A stretch of DNA of 64,000 bases from Chloroflexota bacterium (GCA_027623815.1 JAQBUV010000003.1:20830-84829), one strand, 5' to 3'; shown: positions 9,558 to 20,855, numbered from the stretch's first letter. Notes: generated by a model not told the origin, from the sequence alone. Translations and numbers: made by a program.

Positions 9558-12488
9558 TTAATTGCCAGCGGCGGCCATTGCGTCGGCCAGTGGTTGGCGG
9601 CTGCCGGACAATATTTTTTCGACGTAGTACCCGGTGTGGGATTCACTCACGTGGGCTAGCTCCTCGGGGGTGCCGCAGGCAATGATCTCCCCGCCTCGGT
9701 CGCCGGCGCCAGGCCCCAGGTCAATGATCCAATCGGCGTTTTTGATCAGGTCCAGATTGTGCTCAATCAGCAGCACAGTGTTACCGTTGTCCACCAGGCG
9801 GTGCAAAACGCGGAGCAGGGCCGCGCAGTCTTCAAAGGACAGGCCGGTGGTCGGCTCATCCAGCAGGTACAGAGTTTTGCCAGTGGCCCGGCGGGATAGC
9901 TCAGTAGACAGCTTGACCCGCTGGGCTTCGCCGCCGGAGAGTGTCGTGGCGGGCTGGCCCAACCGGATGTAGCCCAGGCCCACGTCCCGCAAAGTCTCCA
10001 GCTTGGGCCGGATGCGGGGGAAATTCCAGAAAAACTCCAGAGCTTGCTCGGCAGTCATCTCCAGCACATCGGCTATGCTTTTGCCGTGCAGGGTCACTTC
10101 AATCGCTTCCCGGTTATAGCGGCGACCGAGACAGATTTCGCAGGGGACGGTAACATCGGGCAGGAATTGCATCTCGATTTGAATGTAGCCCTCACCCTGG
10201 CAGGCTTCGCACCGGCCGCCTTTAACATTGAAGGAGAACCGGCCCGGCTTGTAACCGCGAACCCGGGCCTCGGGCAGGCTGGCGAAGAGTTCCCGAATGG
10301 GCGTGAACGCTCCGGTGTAGGTGGCGGGGTTGCTGCGGGGAGTGCGTCCGATGGGTGACTGGTCGATGTTGACCACTTTGTCGATGTTTTCAATGCCGGA
10401 CACGCTGTCGTGATCGCCGGGGCGCTCCCGGGAGTTGTTGAGTACCTGGGCCAGCTTCTTATAGAGGACGTCGTATACCAGGGTGCTCTTGCCGGAACCG
10501 GAAACGCCGGTGACACAGATCAACAGGCCCAGCGGTATGGAAACGTCAAGGCCCTTCAGGTTATTTTCTCTGGCGCCGGTTACGGTGATAGCGCTGCCGT
10601 TGCCGCTGCGCCTGACCGTGGGCAAGGGTATTTGCTTTTGGCCGCTGAGATACTGTCCGGTTAGCGATGCCGAATTGCCCATTATCTGGTCAATGGTGCC
10701 GGTGGCCACCACCTGACCGCCATGTTCGCCTGCTCCTGGGCCCATGTCCACTATGTAGTCGGCGGCCCGCATCATGGCCTCGTCATGCTCTACGACTATC
10801 ACTGTATTGCCCATGTCCCGCAGTCTGCTCAAGGTGCCAATGAGGCGATAGTCATCGTGGGGGTGCAGCCCCACGGTCGGCTCGTCACAGACGTAAAGCA
10901 CCCCGGTCAATCCGGAGCCGATCTGGGTGGCCAGACGCACCCGCTGGGCCTCGCCGCCGGAAAGGGTGCGGGCGGTGCGATCCATGGTGACGTAGTCCAG
11001 GCCGATGCCTTCCAGGAAGCGCAGCCGACCCTCAATCTCTTTGAATATCTGGTTGGCAATGGTCTTGTCCCGGGCGGTTAGAGTCTCCCGACGACCTTTC
11101 CAGGGCACGTCCGGGTCGATACGCTGCACCCATTCCAACCCCTGTCCGATGTTTAATGATGTAACTTCAATGATGTTTTGACCGCAGACCTTGACGCCCA
11201 GGGCTTCGGGCCGGAGACGCTTGCCCCCGCACGACTGGCAGGGCCGGGCCGACATATACCGTTCAATTTCATGACGGGTGTAGTCGGAGTCGGTGTTTTT
11301 GTAGCGACGCTGGAGATTGGGGATTACGCCCTCAAAGTTTGTGTCCCAACTATAGTTTTGGCCGCGCCGGGTGCGGTGGCGAATGGTTACACTTTGGTTA
11401 TCGTTGCCGTTCAGAATCAGGTTGATTTGTTCGTCATCCAGGTCCTTAACGGGAGTTTTGGATGAAAAGCCGCTGGCTTTGGCTACCGACTCCATCATGC
11501 TGAGGTACCAACCGCTGGAGGCCCCGGAGCGCATCCAGGGCGCCACCGCTCCCTCGGCCAAAGACAACTCTTTATTGGGTATAACCAACTCGGGGTCAAC
11601 TTCCAACTTGTAGCCCAGGCCGGTGCAGGCCGGGCAGGCCCCGTGGGGGCTGTTGAAGCTGAAGGTGCGCGGTTCTATTTCCGGCAGGCTGATTCCGCAA
11701 CGGACGCAGGCGAATTGCTCGGAAAAGACTAGCTCTTCTTCTTTGTCACCGGCCTCTTTTGCTTGTTTCACCACCTGCACCACGCCATCGCCCTCCCGCA
11801 GCGCGGTCTCCACCGACTCGGCCACGCGGCTGTGCTCGGTTTCTTCGCGGATTATTAGCCGGTCGATGACCAGTTCAATGTAGTGCCATTTCTGCTTGTT
11901 CAGGGCCAGATTGTCGATTTCATCCAACTGGTGGATTTCTCCATTGACCCGGATGCGGACAAACCCAGCCTTGCGCGCCGCCTCGAACACATCCTTGTGC
12001 TCGCCCTTTTTGCGACGGACTTTGGGGGCCAGCAGCGTAATGCGGCTGTCCTCTGGCAGGGACGTGATGGCATCGACGATTTGCTGTATCGTCTGGCGTT
12101 CCACCGGACGACCGCACTTGGGACAATGAGGGTGACCCACCCGGGCGAACAGCAGCCGCAGGTAGTCGTAAATTTCGGTAACGGTGCCCACCGTGGAGCG
12201 AGGGTTGTGGGACACGCCTTTCTGGTCGATGGAAATGGCCGGGGACAGTCCTTCAATGTAGTCCACATCGGGCTTGTCCATGCGACCCAAGAACTGGCGC
12301 GCATAGGCAGACAGCGACTCAACATAACGTCGTTGCCCTTCCGCGTAGATGGTGTCAAAGGCCAGCGAGCTTTTGCCCGAGCCGGAAACGCCGGTGATTA
12401 CCACCAATTTTTCGCGCGGGATGCTGACCTCAACGTTCTTGAGGTTGTGCTCGCGGGCGCCCTTGATGTGGATGAATTCCTGGGGCAT
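9558..12488 (-). CDS. uvrA: Excinuclease ABC subunit A
   Basis: Two ABC modules ([18 protein letters not shown]), CxxC zinc-finger pairs, and an N-terminus [18 protein letters not shown] typical of UvrA. The ORF is open to 12524, but ATG 12488 matches the conserved N-terminus. Confidence 0.95.
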   Translation of the reverse strand: MPQEFIHIKGAREHNLKNVEVSIPREKLVVITGVSGSGKSSLAFDTIYAEGQRRYVESLSAYARQFLGRMDKPDVDYIEGLSPAISIDQKGVSHNPRSTVGTVTEIYDYLRLLFARVGHPHCPKCGRPVERQTIQQIVDAITSLPEDSRITLLAPKVRRKKGEHKDVFEAARKAGFVRIRVNGEIHQLDEIDNLALNKQKWHYIELVIDRLIIREETEHSRVAESVETALREGDGVVQVVKQAKEAGDKEEELVFSEQFACVRCGISLPEIEPRTFSFNSPHGACPACTGLGYKLEVDPELVIPNKELSLAEGAVAPWMRSGASSGWYLSMMESVAKASGFSSKTPVKDLDDEQINLILNGNDNQSVTIRHRTRRGQNYSWDTNFEGVIPNLQRRYKNTDSDYTRHEIERYMSARPCQSCGGKRLRPEALGVKVCGQNIIEVTSLNIGQGLEWVQRIDPDVPWKGRRETLTARDKTIANQIFKEIEGRLRFLEGIGLDYVTMDRTARTLSGGEAQRVRLATQIGSGLTGVLYVCDEPTVGLHPHDDYRLIGTLSRLRDMGNTVIVVEHDEAMMRAADYIVDMGPGAGEHGGQVVATGTIDQIMGNSASLTGQYLSGQKQIPLPTVRRSGNGSAITVTGARENNLKGLDVSIPLGLLICVTGVSGSGKSTLVYDVLYKKLAQVLNNSRERPGDHDSVSGIENIDKVVNIDQSPIGRTPRSNPATYTGAFTPIRELFASLPEARVRGYKPGRFSFNVKGGRCEACQGEGYIQIEMQFLPDVTVPCEICLGRRYNREAIEVTLHGKSIADVLEMTAEQALEFFWNFPRIRPKLETLRDVGLGYIRLGQPATTLSGGEAQRVKLSTELSRRATGKTLYLLDEPTTGLSFEDCAALLRVLHRLVDNGNTVLLIEHNLDLIKNADWIIDLGPGAGDRGGEIIACGTPEELAHVSESHTGYYVEKILSGSRQPLADAMAAAGN

Positions 12489-12658
12489 AAAGCTGCATCC
12501 TTGGCTAAATCTGGGGATAGACAATGGCCTAGCGTGTTGGCTCTAATTTTACCACTCAGCGGAGTTTCGCGTTTGGGTGGGATGTCAGGATTAACGGAAA
12601 ATAGTAAGAAAATGACGGAGTGGTAACTGCATGGGTATTAAACGAAAGTGGGTGGAGA

Positions 12659-13090
12659 TTACTCCAACTCAACCAGCGGATCGTTGGCGCTGACCGAGTC
12701 CAGCGGCTGGACGTGAACCGCTTTGACCACACCGTCTCTTGGCGAGCGGATGCTCTGCTCCATTTTCATGGCTTCCACTACGCAGACCTCGTCGCCAGCG
12801 GAGACACGGTCGCCGGGGCGCACCAGAATTGACATTACCCGGCCGGGCATGGGTGAGCGGAGTATTTTGTCTAAAGCGGCGGCGGTTGGTGTGGCGCTGG
12901 CGGCTTGCGGTGTATCATTTCCAGAGCGACCCGGTCGGGGTGGGCGTCTGATTGGTTGGGCTAGGGCCTCAATCTCGACCAGGAAGGTCTCACCATCGAC
13001 GGTGACCTCCACTGGGGATTGAGTGAGGTCTCCTACATCTACGGTATACCAATGTTCGCCGACTTTAACCCGTAGCGTGGTTAACGCCAA
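12659..13090 (-). CDS. Biotin carboxyl carrier (biotinyl/lipoyl-attachment) domain protein
   Basis: 143 aa with a TTG start. Biotinylation motif VVEAMKMEQ near the C-terminus and a Pro/Ala-rich linker. Confidence 0.85.
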   Translation of the reverse strand: MALTTLRVKVGEHWYTVDVGDLTQSPVEVTVDGETFLVEIEALAQPIRRPPRPGRSGNDTPQAASATPTAAALDKILRSPMPGRVMSILVRPGDRVSAGDEVCVVEAMKMEQSIRSPRDGVVKAVHVQPLDSVSANDPLVELE

Positions 13091-14640
13091 CCTCGGCTCC
13101 CCAGCGTGCGGGAGAGGGTTTGTTCCCTACGGGCAATGACCCGCCAGGGGGCGGTTTCCGGGGTTGTGGAGCTTTGAGCCTGAGACCCCTGCATTGCCAA
13201 CGCTAGAGCTGCGCCGATGGCCGCCGCTGTCTCCCGGTTTGCCTTTTCGTGACCATTGCCGTTCATGCGGATGTTGACCCCCGGGTAATGCTGACGCTGC
13301 GTCCGCGCTGCAACCAGCGCGGGTAATGAGCCGGTGTGGTGGGTGGCCTCCCCAAATCCTTTGTCGGTGAGAATGTCTCGTAGGAGCGGAATGTTCGATT
13401 TGACTCCGTCCAACCGAAAAGCCAGCAGGGCCTTGTGCAGACGCTTGATTGCTTCGTCCCTGGTCTTGCCCCACGCCATCACCTTGGCTAGCAGCGGCTC
13501 GTAGTGTAGCGTAACTTCATAGCCTTTGCAAAGAGCGGTGTCCACCCGCACGTTGCGGCAGGTGGGCAGGTGCAGGCCGGTGATGGTGCCGATGTCGGGC
13601 ATGAAAGTGTCGGGGTCTTCAGGATAGACCCGGGCCTGGATGGCGTGACCGGTCACTTTGACTTCATCCTGGGTGATGGGAAGGGATTCTCCGCAGGCTA
13701 CTCTGATCTGAAGTTCCACCAAATCGAGACCGGTTATCATCTCGGTGACACCGTGTTCGACTTGAAGGCGGGTGTTCATTTCCAGGAAGTAGATTTGCCC
13801 CTGCGACGATACCAGAAATTCTACGGTCCCGGCGTTGGTGTAGCCAATGTGCCGGGCCAGTTTCAGGGCCAAGTTGCAAAGTTTTTGACGCAGTTGAGGG
13901 TTCAGCTTGACGGCAGGAGTTTCCTCGATGAGTTTCTGGTTGCGACGCTGCATTGAGCAGTCTCGCTCGTAGAGATGCACCAGATTGCCCTGTTCGTCGC
14001 CGATTAGCTGCACTTCGATATGGGACGCTCCCTGGAGGTAACGTTCAAAGAAGAGCCGGGTACTGCCAAAGGCGTTGGCCGACACTTTACGGGTGCGCTC
14101 TACCAGCGGTAATAGTTGGTCCATGCTCTCAATGATATGGATGCCGATGCCGCCGCCACCCTCGGAGGCCTTGACCATTAGCGGGAATCCTAATTCCCAG
14201 GCTCGGTCTACCGCGTGGGTGTCCTCGACGGCGTCGTCGGTGCCGGGCAGGACGGGCAGTCCGGCTTTGCGGGCCAGTTTACGGGCGCGGAGTTTGTCGC
14301 CCATTTTGGCCATGATATCCGGGTTGGGTCCGATAAACTTGACGCCCGCCTCTTCGCAACGAGCGGCGAAGACCGGATTTTCCGAGAGGAACCCGTAGCC
14401 GGGGTGGATTGCTTCCGCGCCGCTGGTCTTGGCAGCTTCCAGTATTCTGTCGATGTTCAGGTAGCTTTCCCGGGGTGAAGCCGCGCCCAGCAAGTAGGCC
14501 TCGTCGGCCATTTTAACGTGGCGCCCTTTGTGGTCTGCTTCCGAATAGACGGCTACGGTTTTGATGTTGAGTTTCTGGCAGGTTTTTATAATTCGGCAGG
14601 CGATCTCGCCGCGGTTCGCTATTAAAATTTTGCTAAACAC
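13081..14640 (-). CDS. Biotin carboxylase (ATP-grasp) with ~70-aa C-terminal extension
   Basis: [20 protein letters not shown]..., glycine-rich loop [10 protein letters not shown], ...[12 protein letters not shown].... Overlaps the downstream BCCP ORF by 10 nt in another frame. Confidence 0.9.
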   Translation of the reverse strand: MFSKILIANRGEIACRIIKTCQKLNIKTVAVYSEADHKGRHVKMADEAYLLGAASPRESYLNIDRILEAAKTSGAEAIHPGYGFLSENPVFAARCEEAGVKFIGPNPDIMAKMGDKLRARKLARKAGLPVLPGTDDAVEDTHAVDRAWELGFPLMVKASEGGGGIGIHIIESMDQLLPLVERTRKVSANAFGSTRLFFERYLQGASHIEVQLIGDEQGNLVHLYERDCSMQRRNQKLIEETPAVKLNPQLRQKLCNLALKLARHIGYTNAGTVEFLVSSQGQIYFLEMNTRLQVEHGVTEMITGLDLVELQIRVACGESLPITQDEVKVTGHAIQARVYPEDPDTFMPDIGTITGLHLPTCRNVRVDTALCKGYEVTLHYEPLLAKVMAWGKTRDEAIKRLHKALLAFRLDGVKSNIPLLRDILTDKGFGEATHHTGSLPALVAARTQRQHYPGVNIRMNGNGHEKANRETAAAIGAALALAMQGSQAQSSTTPETAPWRVIARREQTLSRTLGSRGWR

Positions 14641-14803
14641 TAATCGTCCTCTAATTTCTCAGAGATATGTTCCGCCGGTTAGCCGACGGAGAATTCAGTA
14701 TATGAACTTTCCAACTCGGCCCGGCATTGAACGAGAAAAGACACAGGTAAAGCTTGGATTCTGTTTGGGTATTAGTCTTAAGAAATGCCGTGCTTGAGAC
14801 TGG

Positions 14804-15583
14804 TTATGAGGATACTTCAGCCTTTGGTAAGCGCTCAAGGTGATTGAGGAACGAGTTGGTGCGAATTTCTTTATCCATCCAGTAGCTGATGGCGGTGCTA
14901 AGCAGGGATTTGACCTCTTGTTCAAGAGACTCGTGGGCCTGTAGTTGGGGCAGATCAGCGATTCTACTGCGGTGCAGCAGTCGCAGTACTTTCAATGCTC
15001 GCAGCGAAAGTGATCGAATTTGAACGCCATAAGGAGCGCAGTCCAAGCAAAGCGTGCCCCCGGCATCTGGGCTGAACCGATGCTGTTCTGGCTCCAATGG
15101 TTTCCGGCAATCAACACAGTGGAATAGCTCAGGCATGAAGCCGGAAGCACGCATTAGATGCAACTCAAAGCGTCGCAGAACCAATTCCCAGGAGGGATGC
15201 TGTTGGATTGCTCCCAAGGTTTCGATGGCCAAGTCGTACAGTTGTTGATTAGAACTGGCCTCCGAGCCGAAGCCATCCACCAGTTCGGCAACGTACAACC
15301 CCCGAGCCAGGGTGGTCAAATCGCTTTTCAGCGAAGAAAAATTCTCGGTGACTTCTACCTGGTTGACGATGTCCAGGGTGCGGCCTCTGGCCATTGAGAG
15401 TTTGGCGACCGTCAGCGGCTCAAAATGGCCGACGATCTTGCTGTTGGAACGTCGCGCGCCCTTGGCGACTGCTTTCAGCTTGCCAAATTCTCTGGAGTAC
15501 AGGGTCACCAGCAGGTCGGCTTCGCCAAAGGGGATGTTCTTCAACACCAGGCCCTCGGCGCGGTAAGTTTTTGGGGGAGGCAT
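14804..15583 (-). CDS. recO: DNA repair protein RecO
   Basis: 259 aa. N-terminal OB-fold pattern (AEGLVLKNIPFGEADLLVTLYSREFGKL) and a Cys4 zinc motif (CVDCRKP...CLDC). Confidence 0.85.
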   Translation of the reverse strand: MPPPKTYRAEGLVLKNIPFGEADLLVTLYSREFGKLKAVAKGARRSNSKIVGHFEPLTVAKLSMARGRTLDIVNQVEVTENFSSLKSDLTTLARGLYVAELVDGFGSEASSNQQLYDLAIETLGAIQQHPSWELVLRRFELHLMRASGFMPELFHCVDCRKPLEPEQHRFSPDAGGTLCLDCAPYGVQIRSLSLRALKVLRLLHRSRIADLPQLQAHESLEQEVKSLLSTAISYWMDKEIRTNSFLNHLERLPKAEVSS

Positions 15584-15599
15584 ACTTATACTTCCTAAC

Positions 15600-16214
15600 C
15601 TACGCTTCCTGGCGGCCCTGAAACGCGCGGCTCAGCGTCAGTTCGTCGGAGTATTCCAGAGACCCGCCCACGGGCAGTCCCCGGGCCAGGTGGGTTACTT
15701 TGATGTTGGCCCCTTGCAGATGGCGGGAGATGTACATGGCGGTGGCCTCGCCCTCCAATGTAGGGTTGGTGGCGATGATCAGTTCCTTAACGTCGGTGTT
15801 GGCCAGACGGGGGAAAAGCTCCTTCAGTTTGAGCTGTTCCGGGCCGATGCCGTTCAACGGAGAGATCACCCCGTGCAGCACATGGTACAGTCCGTGATAG
15901 CAGTGGGTGCGTTCCAGGGCCAGCACGTCTAGAGGGTCTTCGACGACACAAATCTGCTCGCGGGTTCGCTGCGGGTTGGCGCAGATGGTGCAGGGATCAG
16001 CGTCGGTCAGGTTCTGGCACTCCTGGCAAAATACAATGTTGTGCTTGACCGCGCTGATGGCCTCAGCCAGGTCGAAGGCCTCTTCATTGGGCAGACGTAT
16101 GATGTAGTAAGCCAACCGCTGGGCGCTCTTGGGGCCGACGCCCGGCAGTTTGTTCAATTCCTGTATCAACCGGGCCAGCGACGGCGCCGCCGAGGGCAGG
16201 TGCTCGGTGGTCAT
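15600..16214 (-). CDS. recR: Recombination protein RecR
   Basis: 204 aa. HhH (LPGVGPKSAQRLA), a Cys4 zinc finger (CQECQNL...CTIC) and a Toprim region. Confidence 0.92.
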   Translation of the reverse strand: MTTEHLPSAAPSLARLIQELNKLPGVGPKSAQRLAYYIIRLPNEEAFDLAEAISAVKHNIVFCQECQNLTDADPCTICANPQRTREQICVVEDPLDVLALERTHCYHGLYHVLHGVISPLNGIGPEQLKLKELFPRLANTDVKELIIATNPTLEGEATAMYISRHLQGANIKVTHLARGLPVGGSLEYSDELTLSRAFQGRQEA

Positions 16215-16257
16215 ACGGACGCTCGTTGCATGGCAATCTCGTGAGAGACCACCGAAT

Positions 16258-16560
16258 CTAAAATCCCAGACCGGGAATGTTCATGCCGCCGGTGACTGAG
16301 CTCATTTTCTGGGAGGCCAATTCCTGGGTCTTGTTGAAGGCGTCGTTGACCGCGGCGGCGACCAGGTCCTGGAGCAGTTCCACATCTTCGGCGGCTTCGG
16401 GGTCAATGGTTACCGATTCAACGCTCTGCTTGCCGGTCATTACCACTTTGACCACACCACCGCCGGCAGTACCAATAACGGTGAGGGTTTCTAGCTCCTC
16501 TTGCACCTTTTGCAACTGGGCCTGTAATTTTTGGGCCTGGCGAATCATGTTTTTGTTCAT
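16258..16560 (-). CDS. ybaB: YbaB/EbfC family nucleoid-associated protein
   Basis: 100 aa with the MIRQAQKLQAQLQKVQEEL... pattern, in the conserved dnaX-ybaB-recR position. Confidence 0.9.
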   Translation of the reverse strand: MNKNMIRQAQKLQAQLQKVQEELETLTVIGTAGGGVVKVVMTGKQSVESVTIDPEAAEDVELLQDLVAAAVNDAFNKTQELASQKMSSVTGGMNIPGLGF

Positions 16561-18293
16561 TCTGACTGCTCCTGTATAATCCTGGCGCCCATGCCCAAAG
16601 CGGCGCGCACCAGTGGACTTTGCTGGGCGGAGCGGGTGGAGCCGCTGTCGCCAGTTTCTTCCATGAGAACTAACTGAAAAGTATAGGGCGTGCCGAAGAA
16701 TTTCTCCACCGCCTCAGCGACCATACGGCGACCGTTGGGGTCTTCCATCTCCTCCTGCATCCGCTCCATGTTGGTGCGATGGCTGAAACTCAGGACCATG
16801 GTGTCATCCTGGACTACTATGGAGTCGGACTTGCAGTCGCGGAGCAAAGCGCCCAGGTTGTACTTTTTGCCCTTGTAACGGTTCAGGGCTTTCACGGTTG
16901 CCATCCAGCGCGTCCGAAAGTCTCCTTCGGCGGGAATATCCGCTACGGATAGACCCGCTGTCGGCAGGTCTGGGTTAGTATTGGATGCCACCGGCGACAT
17001 TTCGGGCGCAGGCGGGGCAATTCTGGTGTTGTCAGTTTCGGCAACCGGTGGGTTTTGTGAAGTTGCCGGAGGCCGCTCGGTTGGCGTCGATGCTCGGGTC
17101 GGTGGAGACGCTGTCGCTGGTCGATTATTGCTTTGAACAGTGGCCGAAGACCGGTTGGTCGGGCGGGCTACCTGGGGCGCAGTTTCCGCAACGGTTGACT
17201 GAGTAACCGGTGGGGAGACGTCGCCATTGCAGATTTCAACCACGGCGAGTTCCAGCGGCAAAGTCGATGGAGCATCATAGCGCATATTCAACTCGCCCCA
17301 AAGTTTGAGGGCCTTTACAATCCGCCATGATGGTAGCTGGTTGACCAATTCTCGAAGCTGGCTAATAACATGATCGGGCAGGTCCAGGCCTTCGCTGGAG
17401 CCCCACTCCAGCAGCAGGGCGGCCCGCAGCAGTTCCAAGGTCTGTCGGTGCAACTGGCGCATGTCGGTGCCGTCCCACGCCGCCTGGTTAATCGCTCCCA
17501 AACAAGCCGCGGTATTGCCCATCAGCAGACTCTTGACCAGTTCCAGCCAGCGGTCGCCATGGCCCAGCCCCAGCAGTTCCTCTACCTGATGCAGACCAAC
17601 GCCTTCGCCGTAGGACAGCACCAGTTGTTCCAGTAGATTCTCAGCATCCCGCAGGCTGCCCGCGGCGTAGCGGGCCACCAATCGTATGGCTTCTGGCTCC
17701 ACGGTAGCGCCCTCGCCTTCGGTGATCTGGCTGAGCCGTTGGTAGATTATCTCGGCGGGCAGGCGGCGGAAATCATGCCGCTGACAGCGAGAAATGATGG
17801 TCGGCAGAATCTTGCTGGCCTCAGTGGTGCAAAGGATAAAAATGACATGGCTGGGCGGCTCCTCCAGGGTTTTCAAGAAGGCATTGGAGGCCTGATCGGT
17901 GAGCATGTGGGCTTCGTCGATAATGTAGACTTTGCGCTTGCCTTCCACCGGCGCGAAGTTGACCTTGTCGCGAATGTCCCGAATCTCGTCGATACCCCGA
18001 TTGCTGGCCGCGTCGAGTTCAATGATGTCCATAAAGCGGCCATCATTGACTGATATGCACATGGCGCAGGCGTTGCAAGGGTCGCCTTCCTGGGGGGCAA
18101 GGCAGTTGACCGCTTTGGCCAGCACCCGCGCTGTGCTGGTCTTTCCGGTGCCCCGTGGGCCGCAGAACAGGTAGGAATGGGAGACCCGGTTCTGCTGGAT
18201 GGAATGCCGCAGCGTAGTGGCGACGTGTTCCTGTCCCGCCAGGTCACTAAAGCTGGTTGGCCGCCACTTGCGGTAGTAGACTTGCGAGGTCAT
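16557..18293 (-). CDS. dnaX: DNA polymerase III subunit gamma/tau
   Basis: Walker A GPRGTGKTS, DEAHML, the SRC motif (ISRCQ), and a Pro/Thr-rich linker. Overlaps both neighbours by 4 bp. Confidence 0.95.
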   Translation of the reverse strand: MTSQVYYRKWRPTSFSDLAGQEHVATTLRHSIQQNRVSHSYLFCGPRGTGKTSTARVLAKAVNCLAPQEGDPCNACAMCISVNDGRFMDIIELDAASNRGIDEIRDIRDKVNFAPVEGKRKVYIIDEAHMLTDQASNAFLKTLEEPPSHVIFILCTTEASKILPTIISRCQRHDFRRLPAEIIYQRLSQITEGEGATVEPEAIRLVARYAAGSLRDAENLLEQLVLSYGEGVGLHQVEELLGLGHGDRWLELVKSLLMGNTAACLGAINQAAWDGTDMRQLHRQTLELLRAALLLEWGSSEGLDLPDHVISQLRELVNQLPSWRIVKALKLWGELNMRYDAPSTLPLELAVVEICNGDVSPPVTQSTVAETAPQVARPTNRSSATVQSNNRPATASPPTRASTPTERPPATSQNPPVAETDNTRIAPPAPEMSPVASNTNPDLPTAGLSVADIPAEGDFRTRWMATVKALNRYKGKKYNLGALLRDCKSDSIVVQDDTMVLSFSHRTNMERMQEEMEDPNGRRMVAEAVEKFFGTPYTFQLVLMEETGDSGSTRSAQQSPLVRAALGMGARIIQEQSE

Positions 18294-18844
18294 TGACTCA
18301 CCGCGCCAGGCTCGAATATGGACTGAAGAGCCAAACGTTCCTGGCCTTGCATCAGTTCAGTGTCAGCGGCTTCAAGGTGGTCGTGGCCCACCAGGTGGAG
18401 CACCCCATGGACCATGAGCAACGCCAGTTCATTCTTCAAATCATGACCCTTTTCGGATGCCTGCCGCTGTGCTTGCGGGTAGGAAACGATAACCTCACCC
18501 AAAGGTGGTATCTGGTCGGGAGGCAGGATAAACGGGAAAATTGCAGAGGCTTGGTCGCCGGCTTGAGCGTTGTCCTCAGGCTCGTCTGGCCCTTCCCAGT
18601 GCCCCGAAAAATCTGCAGAAAAGGAAAGCACGTCGGTTACTTCGTCCAGCCCCCGGTATTTACGGTTCAGATCCCGCACCGTGGCATCGTCGGTCAACAG
18701 CAGGCTCACCTGCCCGGCTTTATCATCGGCCAAAGCTACTCGCATGGCCTGTTGCATCACCATATTGAGCCAATCTTCAGACGCCAAATTATCGAATGGT
18801 TCGTCGATGATGATGTCAATTTCCCTGGTTGGGAAGCGCGACAC
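18290..18844 (-). CDS. ybeY: rRNA maturation RNase YbeY (with a ~35-aa acidic insertion)
   Basis: Zinc motif HGVLHLVGHDH. There is extra sequence (ADFSGHWEGPDEPEDNAQAGDQASAIFPFILPPDQ) after the DVLSF motif compared with typical ~150-aa YbeY. Confidence 0.88.
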   Translation of the reverse strand: MSRFPTREIDIIIDEPFDNLASEDWLNMVMQQAMRVALADDKAGQVSLLLTDDATVRDLNRKYRGLDEVTDVLSFSADFSGHWEGPDEPEDNAQAGDQASAIFPFILPPDQIPPLGEVIVSYPQAQRQASEKGHDLKNELALLMVHGVLHLVGHDHLEAADTELMQGQERLALQSIFEPGAVSQ

Positions 18845-19086
18845 CGATGCAATGCTCCTTAAATTGTGCGATGAAATCTGGGGATGAGAAGTCTATGGCC
18901 ATCATAGCATGGGCCAACCGGGGGCTTCAAGGAACCGCCGTCGCGGCAACGGGCTATTTTCAAGTCCGTGTTGGCGTAGAAATCCCTTTTAGTGAGCAAG
19001 GCCCAAGCATGCTAAAATAATAGTTGCAAAATTAGCCGATATCCACCCTGTTCCCGCTTGGGAGCAGGTGAAGGAGTTAGTTGTAA

Positions 19087-19548
19087 ATGGTCGATGATAA
19101 CCCCCAAACTCTTAATGAAGAATTTGCTGAATTGGTACTGCCCGAAGAGGGGGTGGTTGACCTTACCGATAAGTTGACCGAATACATGACCGAGATCGAA
19201 TTGGGCGGGATGCCCGACATTGTTGGTCAAGTGTTGGATGACTTTATAGATCAGTCTGGCTGCATGCCCGAGGACCTGAGAGATTCCGATGCCTTTGATC
19301 AGATTACCAGCACGCAGTTGGCGGTAACGCTGGCCTACCAGTTGGGTCGTTTGGAAGGCCGTTCGCCTCAACTGGTGCGGCGGTTGGTTAGAGAATCAGT
19401 GGAAAAATGGGAAGCCAAACCGTTGGCTGATTCGCCGGACATCTCCGATGCCGATCTGCGCCGTCCCAAAGAATTGGTCTATCCCAGGTTGCGTCGTCTA
19501 GAATACGCCGAAGATGACGATGACGACGACGATTACTCCGACGATTAA
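19087..19548 (+). CDS. Hypothetical highly acidic protein with poly-Asp C-terminal tail
   Basis: 153-aa ORF preceded by GAAGGAG ~11 nt upstream. Codon usage looks coding. Ends ...LEYAEDDDDDDDYSDD. No family recognised. Confidence 0.6.
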   Translation: MVDDNPQTLNEEFAELVLPEEGVVDLTDKLTEYMTEIELGGMPDIVGQVLDDFIDQSGCMPEDLRDSDAFDQITSTQLAVTLAYQLGRLEGRSPQLVRRLVRESVEKWEAKPLADSPDISDADLRRPKELVYPRLRRLEYAEDDDDDDDYSDD

Positions 19549-19673
19549 ATCTTGCAGAAAGTTTCTGGGCGGGAGCGGCCCACTCAAGTTGGCGCCATTG
19601 ACGACGTACCGGTTCACCTAGAATTGGTGCGTCGGATATTATTTTGGAATAAGCATGTTTAAATGGGGGGAAG

Positions 19674-20855
19674 ATGACTAGCGTACCGCCGATATATGAA
19701 TTGTTGCTCAAGGGAGGCACCCTCCTGGATCCGGGTCAGGGGATTCACGACCGTCGGGATGTCGCATTTCAGGATGGGAAAATTGCGGCAGTGGCGGAGC
19801 GTATTGATCCAACTTCGGCGCAGAATGTGGTGGACGTTGCCGGCAAGCTGGTTACTCCGGGACTGATAGACCTGCATGGACACTTTTATCATGGTGGCAC
19901 TGGCAGCGCGGTGCACGCTGACCGCAACTGCCTCTCGGCCGGGGTGACTACTGGAGTCGACGCCGGGAGTTCTGGATGCATGAACTACGGTGCGATGAGG
20001 GACTACGTTTTCCCGGCACACAAGACCCGGCTGCTGGCATTTATCCACATTGGATCGGTGGGCCTGGCCGCGAATCGGGTTTTGGGCGGAGGACTGCATG
20101 ACCTGCGGATCATCGATGTTGACCGTACTATTGATGCCATCAAGAGCAACCCCGGCTTCTTCTTTGGGGTCAAGGTACGGATGCATCATGACGCGGTGGC
20201 CCGCTGGGATGCCCACACCGCTATGAAAAAGGCGCGCGCGGCAGCGGATCAGGCCGGAGTCAGGCTGATGGTGCACGTTAGCGGGACTCCGATACCCCTG
20301 CCCGATGTGCTCGAGTTCCTCGGCCCGGGAGATATTTCGACCCACGCCTTCAACGGTGACGCCGAATCAATTCTAGACCGAAACAACCAGATCCGCCCCG
20401 AAGTTCGCGAAGCAGTGAAGCGGGGAGTGGTGATGGATGTCGGTCACGCCGGTGTCCATTGCGATGTCGAGGTGGTGAGGGCAGCGATGCAGCAGGGCAT
20501 GAATCCCGATACCATCAGCACCGACATCCACGTCCCGCCAGAGGGTAGGACGGTGTACCTGATGAATGATCTGGTGAGTAAGTTCCACGCATTGGGCATG
20601 ACGCTGGAAGATGCGGTGGCCGCCAGCACTATCCGTCCCGCCAAGGTTCTGGGGTTGCAAGAGTCTCTGGGGTCTTTGGCTGTCGGCATGGCGGGCGACG
20701 CCGCCGTTTTTGATTTGAGGGAGGGGCGGTTCGTGTGGCATGACATGGCGGGACACAATGTAGAAGGAAAAGTGCGCCTCGACACCTTCCTGACCGTCCG
20801 CGATGGCTCAATCGTGTGGCGCGAGGGACGTTTGACACAGATGGGTGACTGCTAG
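19674..20855 (+). CDS. Amidohydrolase/deacetylase-family metallohydrolase (dihydroorotase-related)
   Basis: 393 aa: LLKGGTLLDPGQG..., metal-binding GLIDLHGHF, later ...HVSG... and ...DVGHAG.... Confidence 0.8.
   Translation: MTSVPPIYELLLKGGTLLDPGQGIHDRRDVAFQDGKIAAVAERIDPTSAQNVVDVAGKLVTPGLIDLHGHFYHGGTGSAVHADRNCLSAGVTTGVDAGSSGCMNYGAMRDYVFPAHKTRLLAFIHIGSVGLAANRVLGGGLHDLRIIDVDRTIDAIKSNPGFFFGVKVRMHHDAVARWDAHTAMKKARAAADQAGVRLMVHVSGTPIPLPDVLEFLGPGDISTHAFNGDAESILDRNNQIRPEVREAVKRGVVMDVGHAGVHCDVEVVRAAMQQGMNPDTISTDIHVPPEGRTVYLMNDLVSKFHALGMTLEDAVAASTIRPAKVLGLQESLGSLAVGMAGDAAVFDLREGRFVWHDMAGHNVEGKVRLDTFLTVRDGSIVWREGRLTQMGDC

Noticed and set aside
16863-16869. A C-AAA-AAG stretch in dnaX (minus strand) as a possible gamma/tau frameshift site.
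   Set aside because: It is not the A-AAA-AAG heptamer, it lies in the C-terminal fifth of the protein (~aa 480 of 578), and I saw no downstream stem-loop. That is unlike known dnaX frameshift sites.
20042-20050. A perfect DnaA box (TTATCCACA).
   Set aside because: It is a single copy inside the amidohydrolase coding sequence, with no cluster and no AT-rich unwinding region. One chance hit in 64 kb (both strands) is about what is expected, so this is not an origin.
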